This document shows, in pieces, positions 51,779 to 62,936 of a stretch of DNA of 64,000 bases. The position numbers and the translations under genes are program-made. Origin of the DNA: an uncultured Chloroflexia bacterium (lineage in GTDB: Bacteria; Chloroflexota; Anaerolineae; CG2-30-64-16); contig CAWEMM010000006.1 in assembly GCA_963810095.1 (NCBI GenBank), positions 832,001-896,000 on the forward strand. Direction: 5' to 3'. The notes beneath the pieces are model-generated. The model saw nothing but the letters and a program-made list of their open reading frames with translations. It did no database searches and was not told where the DNA came from. The number at the start of each line of letters is the position of its first letter. Position 1 is the stretch's first letter.

Positions 51779-54700
51779 TCACTTACACGAATTTAACACG
51801 TCTGGCTGGGGGAACAATGTCCGCGCGTCGGCGCCGTGTGCCCAGATGTTGCTGAAGGTCGGAGCTCCGTCCACGCTGACCCAGAAGTAGAGCCGGTTCA
51901 GCGGTTCGTTCGCCGGGCTCACGTCCACGTCGTTGAAGTCCCACGCCAGGAACTTCACCCCGTTCGCCCCCGTAATCACCCGTGACACACCCGGCCAACC
52001 CGAACCCGGCGCGGCTTCGGGCTCGTTGTTCAGGCTTGCATGCAAGCGGACGGCCGGCGTCCACCCGGACGCCGAGGAAATGTCGGGCGCCAGCGCCTGT
52101 TGCGTTCCAACAGTGAACAGGTAGGCCGTGATGTTCGCCGCCTGCGCCTGCTGCACCGGCAGGTTGTCCTGCGGCCACACAATCTGGATCTTGCCGTCCA
52201 ACGCGCTGGGCCGGACACGCGTCACGCTGGTCGGAACGTCCTGCTGCGGGAACAGGGTGCGCGCGTCGACTGCGTGCACCCAGACATTGCTCAGTGTTCG
52301 CACCGGCACGCCCGGGCTCTCCACCGTCAGGAAGAATGACAGCTTGTTAGCCGGATCGCGGGCCTGGCGCACGTCGACGTCGTTAAAGTCCCACGCGGGG
52401 AAATTGCGGCCCCCACCCGTGACCATGCGCTTCTGCCCCACGCCTGCCAAGCGCGCCGGCTGGTTGTTGAGGGCGGCCCACAGCCGCACTGTCGGCTCCC
52501 AATTGCAGGGGACAGAATCCAGCAGCGTGCGCGCGCCCTGCGTACCATCTCCGGCAAGGAGATAAGCGGTGATATTTGCCAGGTCCGCTTCCTCGACCCC
52601 GGCGCCTCCGTGCGGCCAGACAATCTCGATCTTTGCTCGCACCGTGACCGCCGTGGGAGTCGGCGCGGGCGTTTGTGTCGCGCGCTGAGTCGGGGCCGGG
52701 GTGGGAGTGCGAGTCAGAGCCGCAGTTGCGGTCCGAGTCGCAGTCGCGGTGCGGGTTGCGGTCGAAGTGCGTGTGAAGGTCGCCGTGCGCGTCGGCGCCG
52801 GGGTGGGGGTGCGGGTAACGGCCGTGGCGCCGCCGGGCGTAGGCGTGAGTTGGTTGGCGCAGGTCGCGTCGTCGAAGAAACTCACGCTGTTGGCGGGGTA
52901 ATTCGACACCGCGATCCGGTTGCCCTGTGCCACAAGCCCTTGCCCGCCCTGCGAATCCCCCTGGTCCAACAGGGGCAGGACGTCCACGACGCCCGAGTCC
53001 GGGTCGATCGCAAACAGCCGGTCCCCCTGCGCGTCCACCGCGAAGACGTGGCCCGTCCCCTCGTTGACGGCAACCGCGTAAGCCGGCCCAGGCAGCGTGT
53101 ACCGCCGTACTGGCGTCAGGGCCGGCAGGCTGAGCGCGGCCACCGTCCCGCCCTCGCTGCCCACGTACAACTGCTTGCGCAGCGGGTCGTAGGCCATGCC
53201 GCGCGTGTCGGCCAGCCCGCTGCTCGACCGCCCGAGCACTTTGCCGGAGGGATCGAGCCGGGTGATGGCGCCGTCCAGGTGCAGGACGTACACCTGGTCG
53301 CCCACGACCAGTGCAGTGACCGGCGCCGGGCCAACGCGGGTCGTCGCCAGGCGCTGGCGCGCGGCGAGGTCGACGACCGTCACCGTTTCATCCCCGAAGT
53401 TGACGACGTACGCGGCCCCTGTGCCCGCGGGCCCAGGGCCGGCGCCCACGCCCCACGGCAGGCTGCCGGCAGGAATCACCGCCAACAGCTGGCCGGTCGC
53501 GGCGCGGTGGAGCGTCACGGTCCCGGTATCGCGATTGCTGGCAACGAGGGTGTCACCCCAGACGGCCAGCCCGTTCGTGCGGCCGGGACCCGACGCCTGC
53601 TGCCATGTACGGACTCGGGTGTCGCCGGTGAACCGGACGACTTCGCTCGACTCGAAGAGCGCGGCGTAAAACCCGTCTGGCCCCGCGGCGAGGGCACGAG
53701 GCCCGTTCAGCGCCAGCGAGCCCAGCGGCCGGGGCGCGCAGGCCGACACCGGCGCAGGGCCGGGCGTAAACGAAGGCGTCGCGGTCGGGGCTGCGGTGGC
53801 AGTCGCCGGAACCGGCGTTGCGGTAGGGGTGCGCGCCGGGGTAGCGGTGCCCGTCGAGGTCGCGGGCGCAACCGGGGTGGAGGTGGCCGCAGGCGTGCGA
53901 GCAGCAGTCGCCGTCGCCGCAGCGGTGGGGCTCACGATCACAGGCTGGGTTGCGGAAGCGGCCGGCACGGCCGTGGGGGTCGCGGAAGCCGCTGGCACGG
54001 AAGTTGAAGTGGGCGCGGCCGTGGGCATCGGCGTTGCTGTGGCAGCCAGGGTCGGAACGGCCGTCCGAGTCGCCGTTGGGGTCGCGGTGGGAACCGGTGT
54101 CGGCGTGGGTTCCTGCGTCGCTGTGGCCGACGGCGGCAGAGCCGTGTTCGTTGCAGTGGGCGCCGGCGTCGGCGTCGCGGTCGGCTGAAACGCGCTTTTC
54201 GGGAACCGTGACATACACCTGGTGGAGGTATTCGGGCCCGGCCCCGTCGTTGATGATCTGCAGGAAGTTGTCGCCATCCAGCACGTTGCCGATCGCGACA
54301 TTCTCCACCCACGTCACCTCCTGCCAGATGCGGGTGTCACCCTTGCGAATCGTGTGCCGGGCCGGACGCCCGTTCGCGCCGGGCAGGACGACGTCGAAGC
54401 TGTCAGTCCCGATGTCGAGGTACGAGACGGTGGTCTCCAGCGGCGCAGACAGGCCAAACGCGGGCCAGTCGCCGCTGACCGCGACCCGCAGCGTCTTCCC
54501 CGCGTCGAGCCGGCGGGCCTGGCGGTTATACAGGCGGTTGAGCGTATCGGGGCCCGGGCTGGGGGTCGCCGCGGGCGTAATGATCGGAGTGGGTAGCGAC
54601 TCGGGGCAGGCGGGCGTGAGGCTAAGTGCGCCTCCCGCGGTCGCGGTGGCATTTGCCGAGCGGGCGCTCTTCGCCAGCGACGGCGCGCAAACCTGCGGCG

Positions 54701-56108
54701 CCTCGTCGGCATTCACCGCCCGCAGGTACTTGCCCCAGTCGCCGATGCTCCCGGAAGTCCCATAACCGGGGGTGAAATCGTACGTGGGATACTCCCGGTC
54801 TCGGAACACGAGCCACGCTCGCCGCTCGGAGCCGAGCCAATAGTCGACCACCTGCCACATGGGCTGCGAGAAGCTGCCCTTCCAAGGGCTGTGGTACAAG
54901 ACGAAATTGCCGCCGTTACCCGCGCCACTCAGCACGGTCCAGTACATGCCTTCGACGCTTGGGGTGTGCGCGTCGAACTCGTACAGCATCGGGTAGCCGA
55001 GATCGCGCAGCGCCCGGCCGACAGTCCACTTGTTCCACGTAGTCAGCGCGTTGCCGGGCCGCTCGTCGACGTCGGGCCGGTCGACGTTGATGTTGTTCAT
55101 CGAGACGCCAATGGGCTTCCCGGCCCATTGCTCTTCGTACAGCCACTTGCGGAAGGCTTTGCCGCTCATCGTCGTGCACGGCGAACTGTCGACCATGGAA
55201 AGCACGGCTTTGTCGGGGAAGGCGCGCACGGCCGCTTCGGTCAGGTCGCGCACGTAGATCATGTACTCATTGCATGAGACGGTCTTCTCATGCTCGGTCA
55301 TCACGCTCTTCTGGGTGTCGCTGCCACAGTCGAGATTATCCCTGCCTGCCGGCGGCACCGCGTCCCAGTAAGGCTGGCACTGGACGACCGGCTGACTCTC
55401 GCCCTGCACACCGACATACACCCGCACCGCGGCCACCTGCGGGTTGCTGTTGTAGCGCTGCCCCGCGGCCTGGATGAACTCGATCATCCGCTTCTTGAAC
55501 TCGCCCCCGTAGCGGATGGACTGGTAGACGTTGCCGGAAGCAGGGACGGTGAATGAGAAGCGGTAGGCGTCGTTCTGCATCCAGGGAGGCAAGTGCAGAC
55601 GGATAAACGGGTTGCCGGCGCTGCCCGGTTCGCCGTGCCCTGTCGTGTTGTACCATCGGCTGCCGGTGTCTGAGTACCCGCTGGGCACGGTCAGGATGAC
55701 AGGCTGCGGGACGACCTGCCCGTCGGCCAACTTTACCTTCGCGGCCGCGGCCTGCTTCAGGCAGTAGTCGTAGGGCGACCAGTTGATCGCGGAGCGCGCG
55801 TCCCACACGCCGGTCGCGCCCACGTCGCCGCCCGAGCCCAGATAGCTGATGCAGTCGACGCCCACCATTTCGTTGCCCGGCGCCAGCGGATCGCCCGGCT
55901 CACGGGTCGGGGGGATCGCGTTGCCGGCCGTGCTCCAGGCGACGTACAGCCCGGGAACGCCGGGAACAATCAGCGGCTTGCCGGCGGGCGGTTCGGGAGA
56001 CTGGACGGGCGGGAGTGTGGGGGGTGGGGGTGGGTTATTGAGGCCGCGACAACTCGTCAGCAGGATGACGGTCAAGACGAGAACCAGGGCGATCGGCAGT
56101 CTTCTCAC
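51779..56108 (-). CDS. Large modular lipoprotein: glycoside-hydrolase-like N-terminus, PT linker, YVTN-type beta-propeller, PT linker, two tandem unknown domains (frameshift near 54190)
   Basis: LLTSC lipobox; [20 protein letters not shown] features resemble TIM-barrel GH; [17 protein letters not shown] repeats; duplicated KIx[21 protein letters not shown] domain. Confidence 0.7.
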
Positions 56109-56171
56109 GGGGCGCTCCGTTCGTTGGTTCGTCTAGAATATCATATTTATTTCTGGTTATCAAGAGGGAAA

Positions 56172-56265
56172 TGGGACACTGATTAACAGATTGAACTGAT
56201 TTGCCTGATCTCTCGGAAGCAGCTATGAGAAATCAGGGGCAATCAGTTCAATCAGTCCGATCTGC
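56172..56265. repeat. Intergenic CTGAT/ATCAG palindromic repeat
   Basis: actgattaacagattgaactgattt ... aatcagttcaatcagt; same family as 27125-27240. Confidence 0.6.
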
Positions 56266-56274
56266 GTGCTATTC

Positions 56275-57846
56275 TTACTTCGCCGTTTCGACTGCCCGGG
56301 TCTCCCGAACGACCATGACCTTGATCTGGCCCGGATACTCGAGGTTGTCTTCGATCTTTTTGGCGATGTCCTTCGCCATGCGCAGCGCGCCCAGGTCGTC
56401 CACGTCCTCCGGCTTGACGATCACCCGCACTTCCCGGCCGGCCTGGATGGCGTAGGTCTGCTGCACGCCGGTAAACGAGTTGCCGATCTCTTCGAGCGCC
56501 TGGATACGCTTAACGTAGCTTTCCAGCGCCTCGCGGCGTGCGCCCGGCCGGCTGCCGCTGATGGCATCCGCCGTCGTCGCGATGGCCGCCTCGACGCTGA
56601 GTTGGTCCACCTCGTGATGGTGCGATGCGATGATGTTGACCACTTCGGCCGGCACGCCGTAGCGCTTCGCGATGTCCGCGCCCACCTGTGCGTGTGCGCC
56701 TTCGACCTCGTGACTGACGGCCTTGCCGATGTCGTGCAGCAGCGCACCCATCTTCGAGAGGTGCACGTTGGCGCCCATCTCGGCTGCCAGCATTGCGGCG
56801 ATGTGGGTTGCCTCGACCGCGTGCGCCAGCTGATTCTGGCCGTAGCTCGTCCGGTACTTGAGCCGGCCCAGCAACTTCACCATCTCGGGATGAAGCATCT
56901 GCAGCCCGACTTCCATGACTGCCTGCTCGCCGGCATCCTTGATCGACTTCTCGACCTCGCCGCGCGCCTTCTCGACTTCCTTCTCGATGCGGGCCGGATG
57001 GATGCGCCCGTCCTGCACGAGGCGGCCGATCGCGATACGCGCCACCTCGCGGCGGATCGGATCGAACGAAGAGATCAGGATGGCCTCGGGCGTATCGTCG
57101 ACGACCAGGTCGACGCCCGTGGCCTGCTCGATGGAGCGGATATTGCGGCCCTGCCGGCCGATAATGCGCCCCTTCATTTCGTCTGTGGGCAGGGGCACGC
57201 TGGCCACCGTGGTCTCCGATACATGATCGGATGCGACCCGCTCCATCACCCGGGTGATGATCTCACGAGCCCGGCCTTCGGCCTCAGACGCCGCCTGCGC
57301 CTCTACTTCCCGGATCTTCCGGGCCATGTCCTGCCGGGTCGTCTGTTCGACCGCGGTGAGCAACTCCTGGCGGGCATCCTCCCGGCTCATCTGTGCGATG
57401 CGCTCGAGCTCGGCTGCCCGCTCGGCTTCGACTTTCTCGAGGTCCGTTTCACGCTTGTCCAGCTTGGCCTGGCGCTGGTCGAGCTTGCGGTTGCGCTGCT
57501 CGATCTGCTCCACGCGGCCTTCCAAGGCCTCTTGCCGGCGTTGAATCCGCTCTTCAGCACGATCCAATTCACGCCGCCGGCGGACGATTTCCTGGTCGGC
57601 CTCCTCCAGGAGTTGGACCTTTTGCCCCTGTGCAGCCAGCTCGATGGACTTGGCCTTGTTGTCGGCCTCCGCCACCATGCGCTTCGCCTCGATTTCGGCA
57701 TTTCTAGTCAGCGCTTCAGCTTCCGTATGGGCTGCAAGCTGGCGCGACTTCATGATCAGGTATCCGATCACGCCGCCTGCGAACCCGGCTGCCAGGAAGA
57801 TCAACAGGTCCACGATGATGCGGAGGCCTGTATTTCCTCCAAACAT
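56275..57846 (-). CDS. rny: Ribonuclease Y
   Basis: N-terminal TM, coiled coil, KH motif KGRIIGRQGRNI, HD motif LLHDIGK, SRPGAR. Confidence 0.97.
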   Translation of the reverse strand: MFGGNTGLRIIVDLLIFLAAGFAGGVIGYLIMKSRQLAAHTEAEALTRNAEIEAKRMVAEADNKAKSIELAAQGQKVQLLEEADQEIVRRRRELDRAEERIQRRQEALEGRVEQIEQRNRKLDQRQAKLDKRETDLEKVEAERAAELERIAQMSREDARQELLTAVEQTTRQDMARKIREVEAQAASEAEGRAREIITRVMERVASDHVSETTVASVPLPTDEMKGRIIGRQGRNIRSIEQATGVDLVVDDTPEAILISSFDPIRREVARIAIGRLVQDGRIHPARIEKEVEKARGEVEKSIKDAGEQAVMEVGLQMLHPEMVKLLGRLKYRTSYGQNQLAHAVEATHIAAMLAAEMGANVHLSKMGALLHDIGKAVSHEVEGAHAQVGADIAKRYGVPAEVVNIIASHHHEVDQLSVEAAIATTADAISGSRPGARREALESYVKRIQALEEIGNSFTGVQQTYAIQAGREVRVIVKPEDVDDLGALRMAKDIAKKIEDNLEYPGQIKVMVVRETRAVETAK

Positions 57847-58068
57847 TGATTTCCTGCCTTTCGGTTGTCAAGGGTGGGTAAGGGTAGTGCTTCAAAGGCG
57901 ACTCGAACGACGCTGTCGCCGGGATAATTACGGTTCGGCCGCACAGACCGCCGGGCATTCGGCGCCTCGCCGGCCCCCGCTGCCTCCAGGTATCGATCCG
58001 AGAATTAGCTGGGGCCGGTCTCTGACCGTGCCCCGGCTGGCCCCCTACCGCCGCTGGGGCCTCTGTGG

Positions 58069-58707
58069 CTAATTCTCTTCTTGCATCTCGCGCAGAAGCC
58101 GGTTTGTGACTTCGCGCACCACATCATAACTGAAACCCCGGCGCATCAAAAAGTTGCCGAGTTTTTGTTTGAATCCACTCGCGTCTTCCTGCGCCAGGGC
58201 TCGCCAGCGTTCCGCTTTTGGCTGACCCGCCGCGTAGGCCGCCTCGCTCGCGTTCAGGTCGGCCAGGCTCTCGTCGATGGCCTCGCTGTCCACGCCCGCA
58301 CGGCGCAACTCCTGCCGCAGCGCTTGCTCGCCCTTCGGCCGGAACCGCTGCCGGTTCTCAACCCAGTAGCGGGCGAATTCGGCGTCGTTCAGATAGCCCT
58401 GCTCGGTCAGCCGAGCGATCGCCGCTTCGATCGCTTCCTCATCGATCTCGGATTCCTGCAGCCGGCGGCGCACCTCAACCGTGCTCCGCGGCCGCGTGCC
58501 CAGGAATACCACCGCACGGTCGTACGCCTTGGCGACCGCGTCGACCTGGCGCAGCCGGAGCAGGTCCGCATCCGTGAGGACCTCGCCCACCTTCAGCTGA
58601 GCGGCATCGACCGCGGGCAAGGCCAACGCGAACTCGCCGTCGAGGTAGACGTTGACCCGATCGCCGGTGTGTTTCTGAAACTGCAAACTGGTTATACGGC
58701 CGGTCAT
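58069..58707 (-). CDS. recX: Regulatory protein RecX
   Basis: RVNVYLDGEF, RPRS..EVRRRL, YLNDAEFA, FLMRRGFSY; downstream of recA. Confidence 0.93.
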   Translation of the reverse strand: MTGRITSLQFQKHTGDRVNVYLDGEFALALPAVDAAQLKVGEVLTDADLLRLRQVDAVAKAYDRAVVFLGTRPRSTVEVRRRLQESEIDEEAIEAAIARLTEQGYLNDAEFARYWVENRQRFRPKGEQALRQELRRAGVDSEAIDESLADLNASEAAYAAGQPKAERWRALAQEDASGFKQKLGNFLMRRGFSYDVVREVTNRLLREMQEEN

Positions 58708-58882
58708 ACGCAAGTAGCCCTCTTGCGGCCGCCACGCCAATGAAGAGAGCGCATGCGCCGCAACGACGCTTTAAACCAAAAGAACCGTGGCGATAGGTCA
58801 CCCACGGTGAACCCCGACCACGGTTCCTTGTTCCGAATCACGCCTATAGCAGCGTCAGCACGAATACGAATACCGGCGTCTG

Positions 58883-58970
58883 CGCCACAGAGAGATCAGA
58901 GGCTTGGTCGGGTTCATGAGAGTTCGGATCTCTCAGACTTCCCGCTGAGACCTCTGCGGCCTCCGTGGCA
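58883..58970. repeat. Intergenic GCCACAGAG ... CTCCGTGGC palindromic repeat
   Basis: Related to the ACCAC-AAAG family; lies in the recA-recX gap. Confidence 0.5.
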
Positions 58971-59121
58971 CAGCGCCAGTCTGTCGATTGATCTAGCCCA
59001 TGCGCCTCACGGCCCAGGGTCCTTCGTCGCCAACGCCGCCGTGCGGCGTATCAAAAACAAGGCCGACCATGATCGGGCGCCATCCAGGAGCAGGAACTTC
59101 GCCCTGCCTCCGGCGAGACGC

Positions 59122-60180
59122 TTACTCCTCGCCGCCTTCCTCGTCGTCCTCATCCGGTCCGGCGAGTTGCACCGGCGCGAATGACGCCTTCCCTCGGACG
59201 GCGTCCTCGATCTGCTGCGCGATCGCCGGCTGGGCTTCCAGGAAGTCCTTGGCATTCTCGCGCCCCTGACCAAGGCGGGTGTCGTTGAACGTGTAGAACG
59301 CGCCCCGCTTGTCGATGATCCCCATCGTAGTGCCCAGGTCCAGCAGGTCACCCGACTTGCTGATACCCTTATTATACATGATATCGAACTCAGCCTGCTT
59401 AAATGGGGCTGCCACTTTATTCTTCTTGACCGTAACCCTTGTGCGGCTGCCCACCGTATTGCCACCGGCCTTGATTCCCTCGATGCGGCGCACGTCCAAC
59501 CGGACGCTGGCGTAGAACTTGAGCGCCATGCCGCCCGACGTCGTCTCCGGGTTGCCAAACATGATGCCGATCTTCTGCCTGAGCTGATTGGTGAAGATCA
59601 AGCACGTGTTGCTCGTCTTGATCGCGCCGGTCAGCTTGCGCAATGCCTGCGACATGAGGCGGGCCTGCAGGCCGACATGGCTGTCGCCCATCTCGCCTTC
59701 GATCTCGGCGCGGGGCACGAGCGCGGCCACCGAGTCGATCACGACCACGTCAATCGCGCCCGAGCGAATCAGCGACTCGGCGATCTCCAGCGCCTGTTCG
59801 CCGGTGTCTGGCTGCGAGATGTACAACTCGTCGACGTTGACGCCGCATTTGCGGGCGTAGTCCGGGTCAAGCGCATGCTCGACATCGATGAAGGCCGCAA
59901 TGCCGCCCATCTTCTGGGCCTCGGCGATGATGTGTTGGCAAATCGTCGTCTTGCCGGACGATTCCGGGCCGTAGATCTCCGTGACGCGCCCTCTCGGCAC
60001 GCCCCCGATCCCCAGGGCCAGGTCCAGCGAGAGGGAGCCGGTTGGGATGGCGCCGACCTTGAGTCGCTCCGCCTGTCCCAGCTTCATGACCGTTCCCTCG
60101 CCGAAGCGCTTCTTGAGATTCGCCAGCGTTGTGTCCAACGCCTTGAGCCGTGCGGCATCAGCCATGTCCTTGTTCCCCAT
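59122..60180 (-). CDS. recA: Recombinase RecA
   Basis: [46 protein letters not shown]. Confidence 0.99.
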   Translation of the reverse strand: MGNKDMADAARLKALDTTLANLKKRFGEGTVMKLGQAERLKVGAIPTGSLSLDLALGIGGVPRGRVTEIYGPESSGKTTICQHIIAEAQKMGGIAAFIDVEHALDPDYARKCGVNVDELYISQPDTGEQALEIAESLIRSGAIDVVVIDSVAALVPRAEIEGEMGDSHVGLQARLMSQALRKLTGAIKTSNTCLIFTNQLRQKIGIMFGNPETTSGGMALKFYASVRLDVRRIEGIKAGGNTVGSRTRVTVKKNKVAAPFKQAEFDIMYNKGISKSGDLLDLGTTMGIIDKRGAFYTFNDTRLGQGRENAKDFLEAQPAIAQQIEDAVRGKASFAPVQLAGPDEDDEEGGEE

Positions 60181-60291
60181 TTCTGCAGGAGTTGTCTCTC
60201 CGGTTCGATTACTTTTTCAAAGTTTGGTGCAGACTTCCACAAGCATCATACCCCATGCCGGTGTAATATGCAAATCGAGCGAACACGATGT

Positions 60292-60303
60292 GAACGGGTG
60301 TTC
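60292..60303. promoter_or_regulatory. LexA (SOS) box upstream of recA
   Basis: GAAC-GGGT-GTTC, a perfect Gram-positive/Chloroflexota-type GAAC-N4-GTTC about 110 bp upstream of recA. Confidence 0.8.
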
Positions 60304-60451
60304 TGAGGGCCTGCCAGCCGGCCTTTTCCAACAAGCGCCACACGTGCTGTAATAGGAGTGTGCAAATGCACCCGTTCTGTGGACAACTTACGGACGCGTT
60401 TTGATATGATGAGTAGATTATACAACATGACCATGACCGTGGAGACCCTCG

Positions 60452-62440
60452 ATGCACGACCTGCCTATTCTGATTAACATCACGCTTGCTCTCATCGTGG
60501 CATTTATCGGAGGAGTCATCGCTAAGCGGGTCGGCCTGCCGACGATCGTGGGATACCTCCTCGCGGGCATCGTTATCGGCCCGTTCACGCCCGGCTTTGT
60601 CGGCGATGTCCACACGATCCAGCAACTGGCAGAACTGGGCGTCATCTTTCTGATGTTTGGCGTGGGGCTGCATTTCTCCTTCGCCGACCTCTGGCGCGTG
60701 CGGGACATCGCAGTTCCCGGCGCCTTGATCCAGACGGCCCTCGCCACCGCGGCCGGCGTGGTCCTCACGCAGTTGTGGGGGTGGCAGCTCTCGGCCAGCC
60801 TCGTCCTGGGCCTATCGATCTCGGTCGCCAGCACCGTCGTCCTGCTGCGCGGGCTGATGGACCACCGGCTGTTGAACACGACGCACGGTCAGGCAGCGGT
60901 CGGCTGGCTGGTCATGGAAGACATCCTGTCCGTGCTCATCCTCGTACTGATGCCCGCGCTCAGTCTCGAGTCGGGATCGTTCGATCTCGCCGGGCTCGCA
61001 TTGACGCTGGCCAAGGCCGCCGCGTTCATCGTCGTCATGGCCGTGATCGGCCGCCGCCTGATCCCCTGGCTACTGGGGCGCATCGCACTCAGCCGCTCGC
61101 GCGAGCTGTTCATCCTCGCAACGCTGGCGATCACCCTTGGCACCGCCATCGGCGCGGCCGAGCTGTTCGGCGTGTCGCTGGCCCTAGGCGCTTTCATTGC
61201 CGGCGCCATCATCAACCAATCGCCCTGGAGCCACCAGGTCGATGCCGACATCTTTACCTTCCGCGAGACCTTCTCGATCCTGTTCTTCGTCTCGGTGGGC
61301 ATGCTGGTCAACCCCGCCTTCCTATGGGCCAACCTGGGCCAGGTGGCCGCGCTGACGTCGCTCGTGGTGTTCGGCAAGCTGTTCATCGTGCTCGTGATGG
61401 GGCTCTTCTTCCCGCGTCCGGCCCGGACATTCCTCGTCGTGGCGGTTGGCCTGGCCCAGATCGGCGAGTTTTCGTTCATCCTGGGGAAGGCCGGCGTTTC
61501 GCTGGGGTTGTTGGCCGGCGACCAATACTCGCTCATCCTGGCCGCCTCCCTGATCTCCATCGCAGTCAATCCGTTCATGTACAAGCTGCTGGGGCCGCTC
61601 GAGCGCGGCCTGCGCCGTCTGCCCGGGGTCTGGCGCAAGCTGGAGGCCAACGTGCCGCTGCCCCAGATCGACGAGGAGACGCTGCGCGACCACGTGGTGA
61701 TCATCGGGTACGGCCGGGTCGGCAAGCACCTGGTCACCGTGCTCCAGACGCTGAACGTCCCGCAGATCGTGATCGAGTCGGACGCCGAGCGGGTCCAAGC
61801 CCTGAATGAAGCCGGCATTGCCACGTTGTACGGCGACGCGGCCAACTCGGAGGTCATGGTGCACGCGGGGCTCGACCATGCACGCGCCCTGGTCGTGACT
61901 GTGCCCGAGGAAAGCCCGGCCGCGCTGATTGTTGCGGCGGCGCGCAAGCTGAACGAGAAGCTGCCCATCATCGTGCGCGCGGCCACTGCGGAAGGGGTGC
62001 AGCTGCTGAGCGATCTGGGCGCGAGCGATGTGGTGCATCCGGAGCTGGAGGGCGGGCTGGAGATGGTGCACGACACGTTGCTGCACCTGGGGTACCCGCT
62101 GCGCGAGGTGCACAGCTATGCGGAAGCCGTGCGTCGCGACGCCTACAATATCGACATCACCTCCAGCGACGAACACCGGTCTCTCCACGACCTGGTAGCC
62201 GCGAGTCAGAGCATCGAGATTGCCTGGATCGAGCTGGGCGACGAGCACCCGCTGGTGGGGCAGACGCTGCAGGATTCCAACATTCGGGCGCAGACGGGCG
62301 CATCCGTGGTGGCCCTCATTCGCGACGGCCACGCGGTCGCGAATCCGAAATCCTCCACGGAGTTCCGGGGCGGCGACCGGGTAGGGTTGATCGGCGAGAA
62401 GGAGCACCTGGAGCAGGCCCGGGCCTGGCTGGAAGGGTGA
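60452..62440 (+). CDS. CPA2 cation:proton antiporter with TrkA-N and TrkA-C domains (YbaL/KefC-like)
   Basis: LAELGVIFLMFGVGLHFS, AQIGEFSF, IIGYGRVG, YGDAAN, RCK_C tail. Confidence 0.93.
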   Translation: MHDLPILINITLALIVAFIGGVIAKRVGLPTIVGYLLAGIVIGPFTPGFVGDVHTIQQLAELGVIFLMFGVGLHFSFADLWRVRDIAVPGALIQTALATAAGVVLTQLWGWQLSASLVLGLSISVASTVVLLRGLMDHRLLNTTHGQAAVGWLVMEDILSVLILVLMPALSLESGSFDLAGLALTLAKAAAFIVVMAVIGRRLIPWLLGRIALSRSRELFILATLAITLGTAIGAAELFGVSLALGAFIAGAIINQSPWSHQVDADIFTFRETFSILFFVSVGMLVNPAFLWANLGQVAALTSLVVFGKLFIVLVMGLFFPRPARTFLVVAVGLAQIGEFSFILGKAGVSLGLLAGDQYSLILAASLISIAVNPFMYKLLGPLERGLRRLPGVWRKLEANVPLPQIDEETLRDHVVIIGYGRVGKHLVTVLQTLNVPQIVIESDAERVQALNEAGIATLYGDAANSEVMVHAGLDHARALVVTVPEESPAALIVAAARKLNEKLPIIVRAATAEGVQLLSDLGASDVVHPELEGGLEMVHDTLLHLGYPLREVHSYAEAVRRDAYNIDITSSDEHRSLHDLVAASQSIEIAWIELGDEHPLVGQTLQDSNIRAQTGASVVALIRDGHAVANPKSSTEFRGGDRVGLIGEKEHLEQARAWLEG

Positions 62441-62448
62441 GCAGAAAG

Positions 62449-62898
62449 ATGCTAAGTGAGGTGATTTCTGGGAAATTATCGAGAAGTTGGATTGGCGGCG
62501 GAGGGCGACGACGATGGTGTGCTGGCCCCCGCCGTTCGAGACCCTTGCCAAACGCCCTAGAGAAGACATAGAAGGCTTCGAGGAACGGCTGGCGCTGCTA
62601 CTTTACCGGCTAGACACGAAAGCACACGCCAGCCACATCGGGCAAGGCTCGTATGATCCGAAGAACGAGTTTGTTTCGCCCGACGAGTTTCTCTACAGCC
62701 GCTGTGTTGTCGTAGCGAACGGCAAAGAATACTACGAAACGGTCTTGCATGATCCCGGGCAAATGCCAAAGGACATGGAGTTCGAGGCCCTGCTGTACCT
62801 GACTTCTAGCGCCTGGGAGTCTGAAGACAGACGGGGCTTTCGAGTACATCCCTAGCGTGAGCTACGAAACGTTTTCCAACGCGGAAGGTTGGACATAG
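62449..62898 (+). CDS. DUF4240-domain protein (frameshifted)
   Basis: FWEIIEKLDW, SPDEFLYSRCVVVANG, EFEALL, SYETFSNAEGWT* across frames. Confidence 0.75.
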
Positions 62899-62936
62899 AA
62901 AGAGCCGTCCGTCTACGTCCTACATGCCCAAGCCCA

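Noticed and set aside
52640-54190. Low-complexity repeats as CRISPR or tandem DNA repeats
   Set aside because: They encode Pro/Thr/Ala linkers in frame; there is no constant repeat-spacer structure
57930-58050. c-di-AMP (ydaO) riboswitch or 6S RNA upstream of rny
   Set aside because: Only isolated words (GGTAGGG, CAGCTAA) match; the conserved core and long rod structure could not be built by eye
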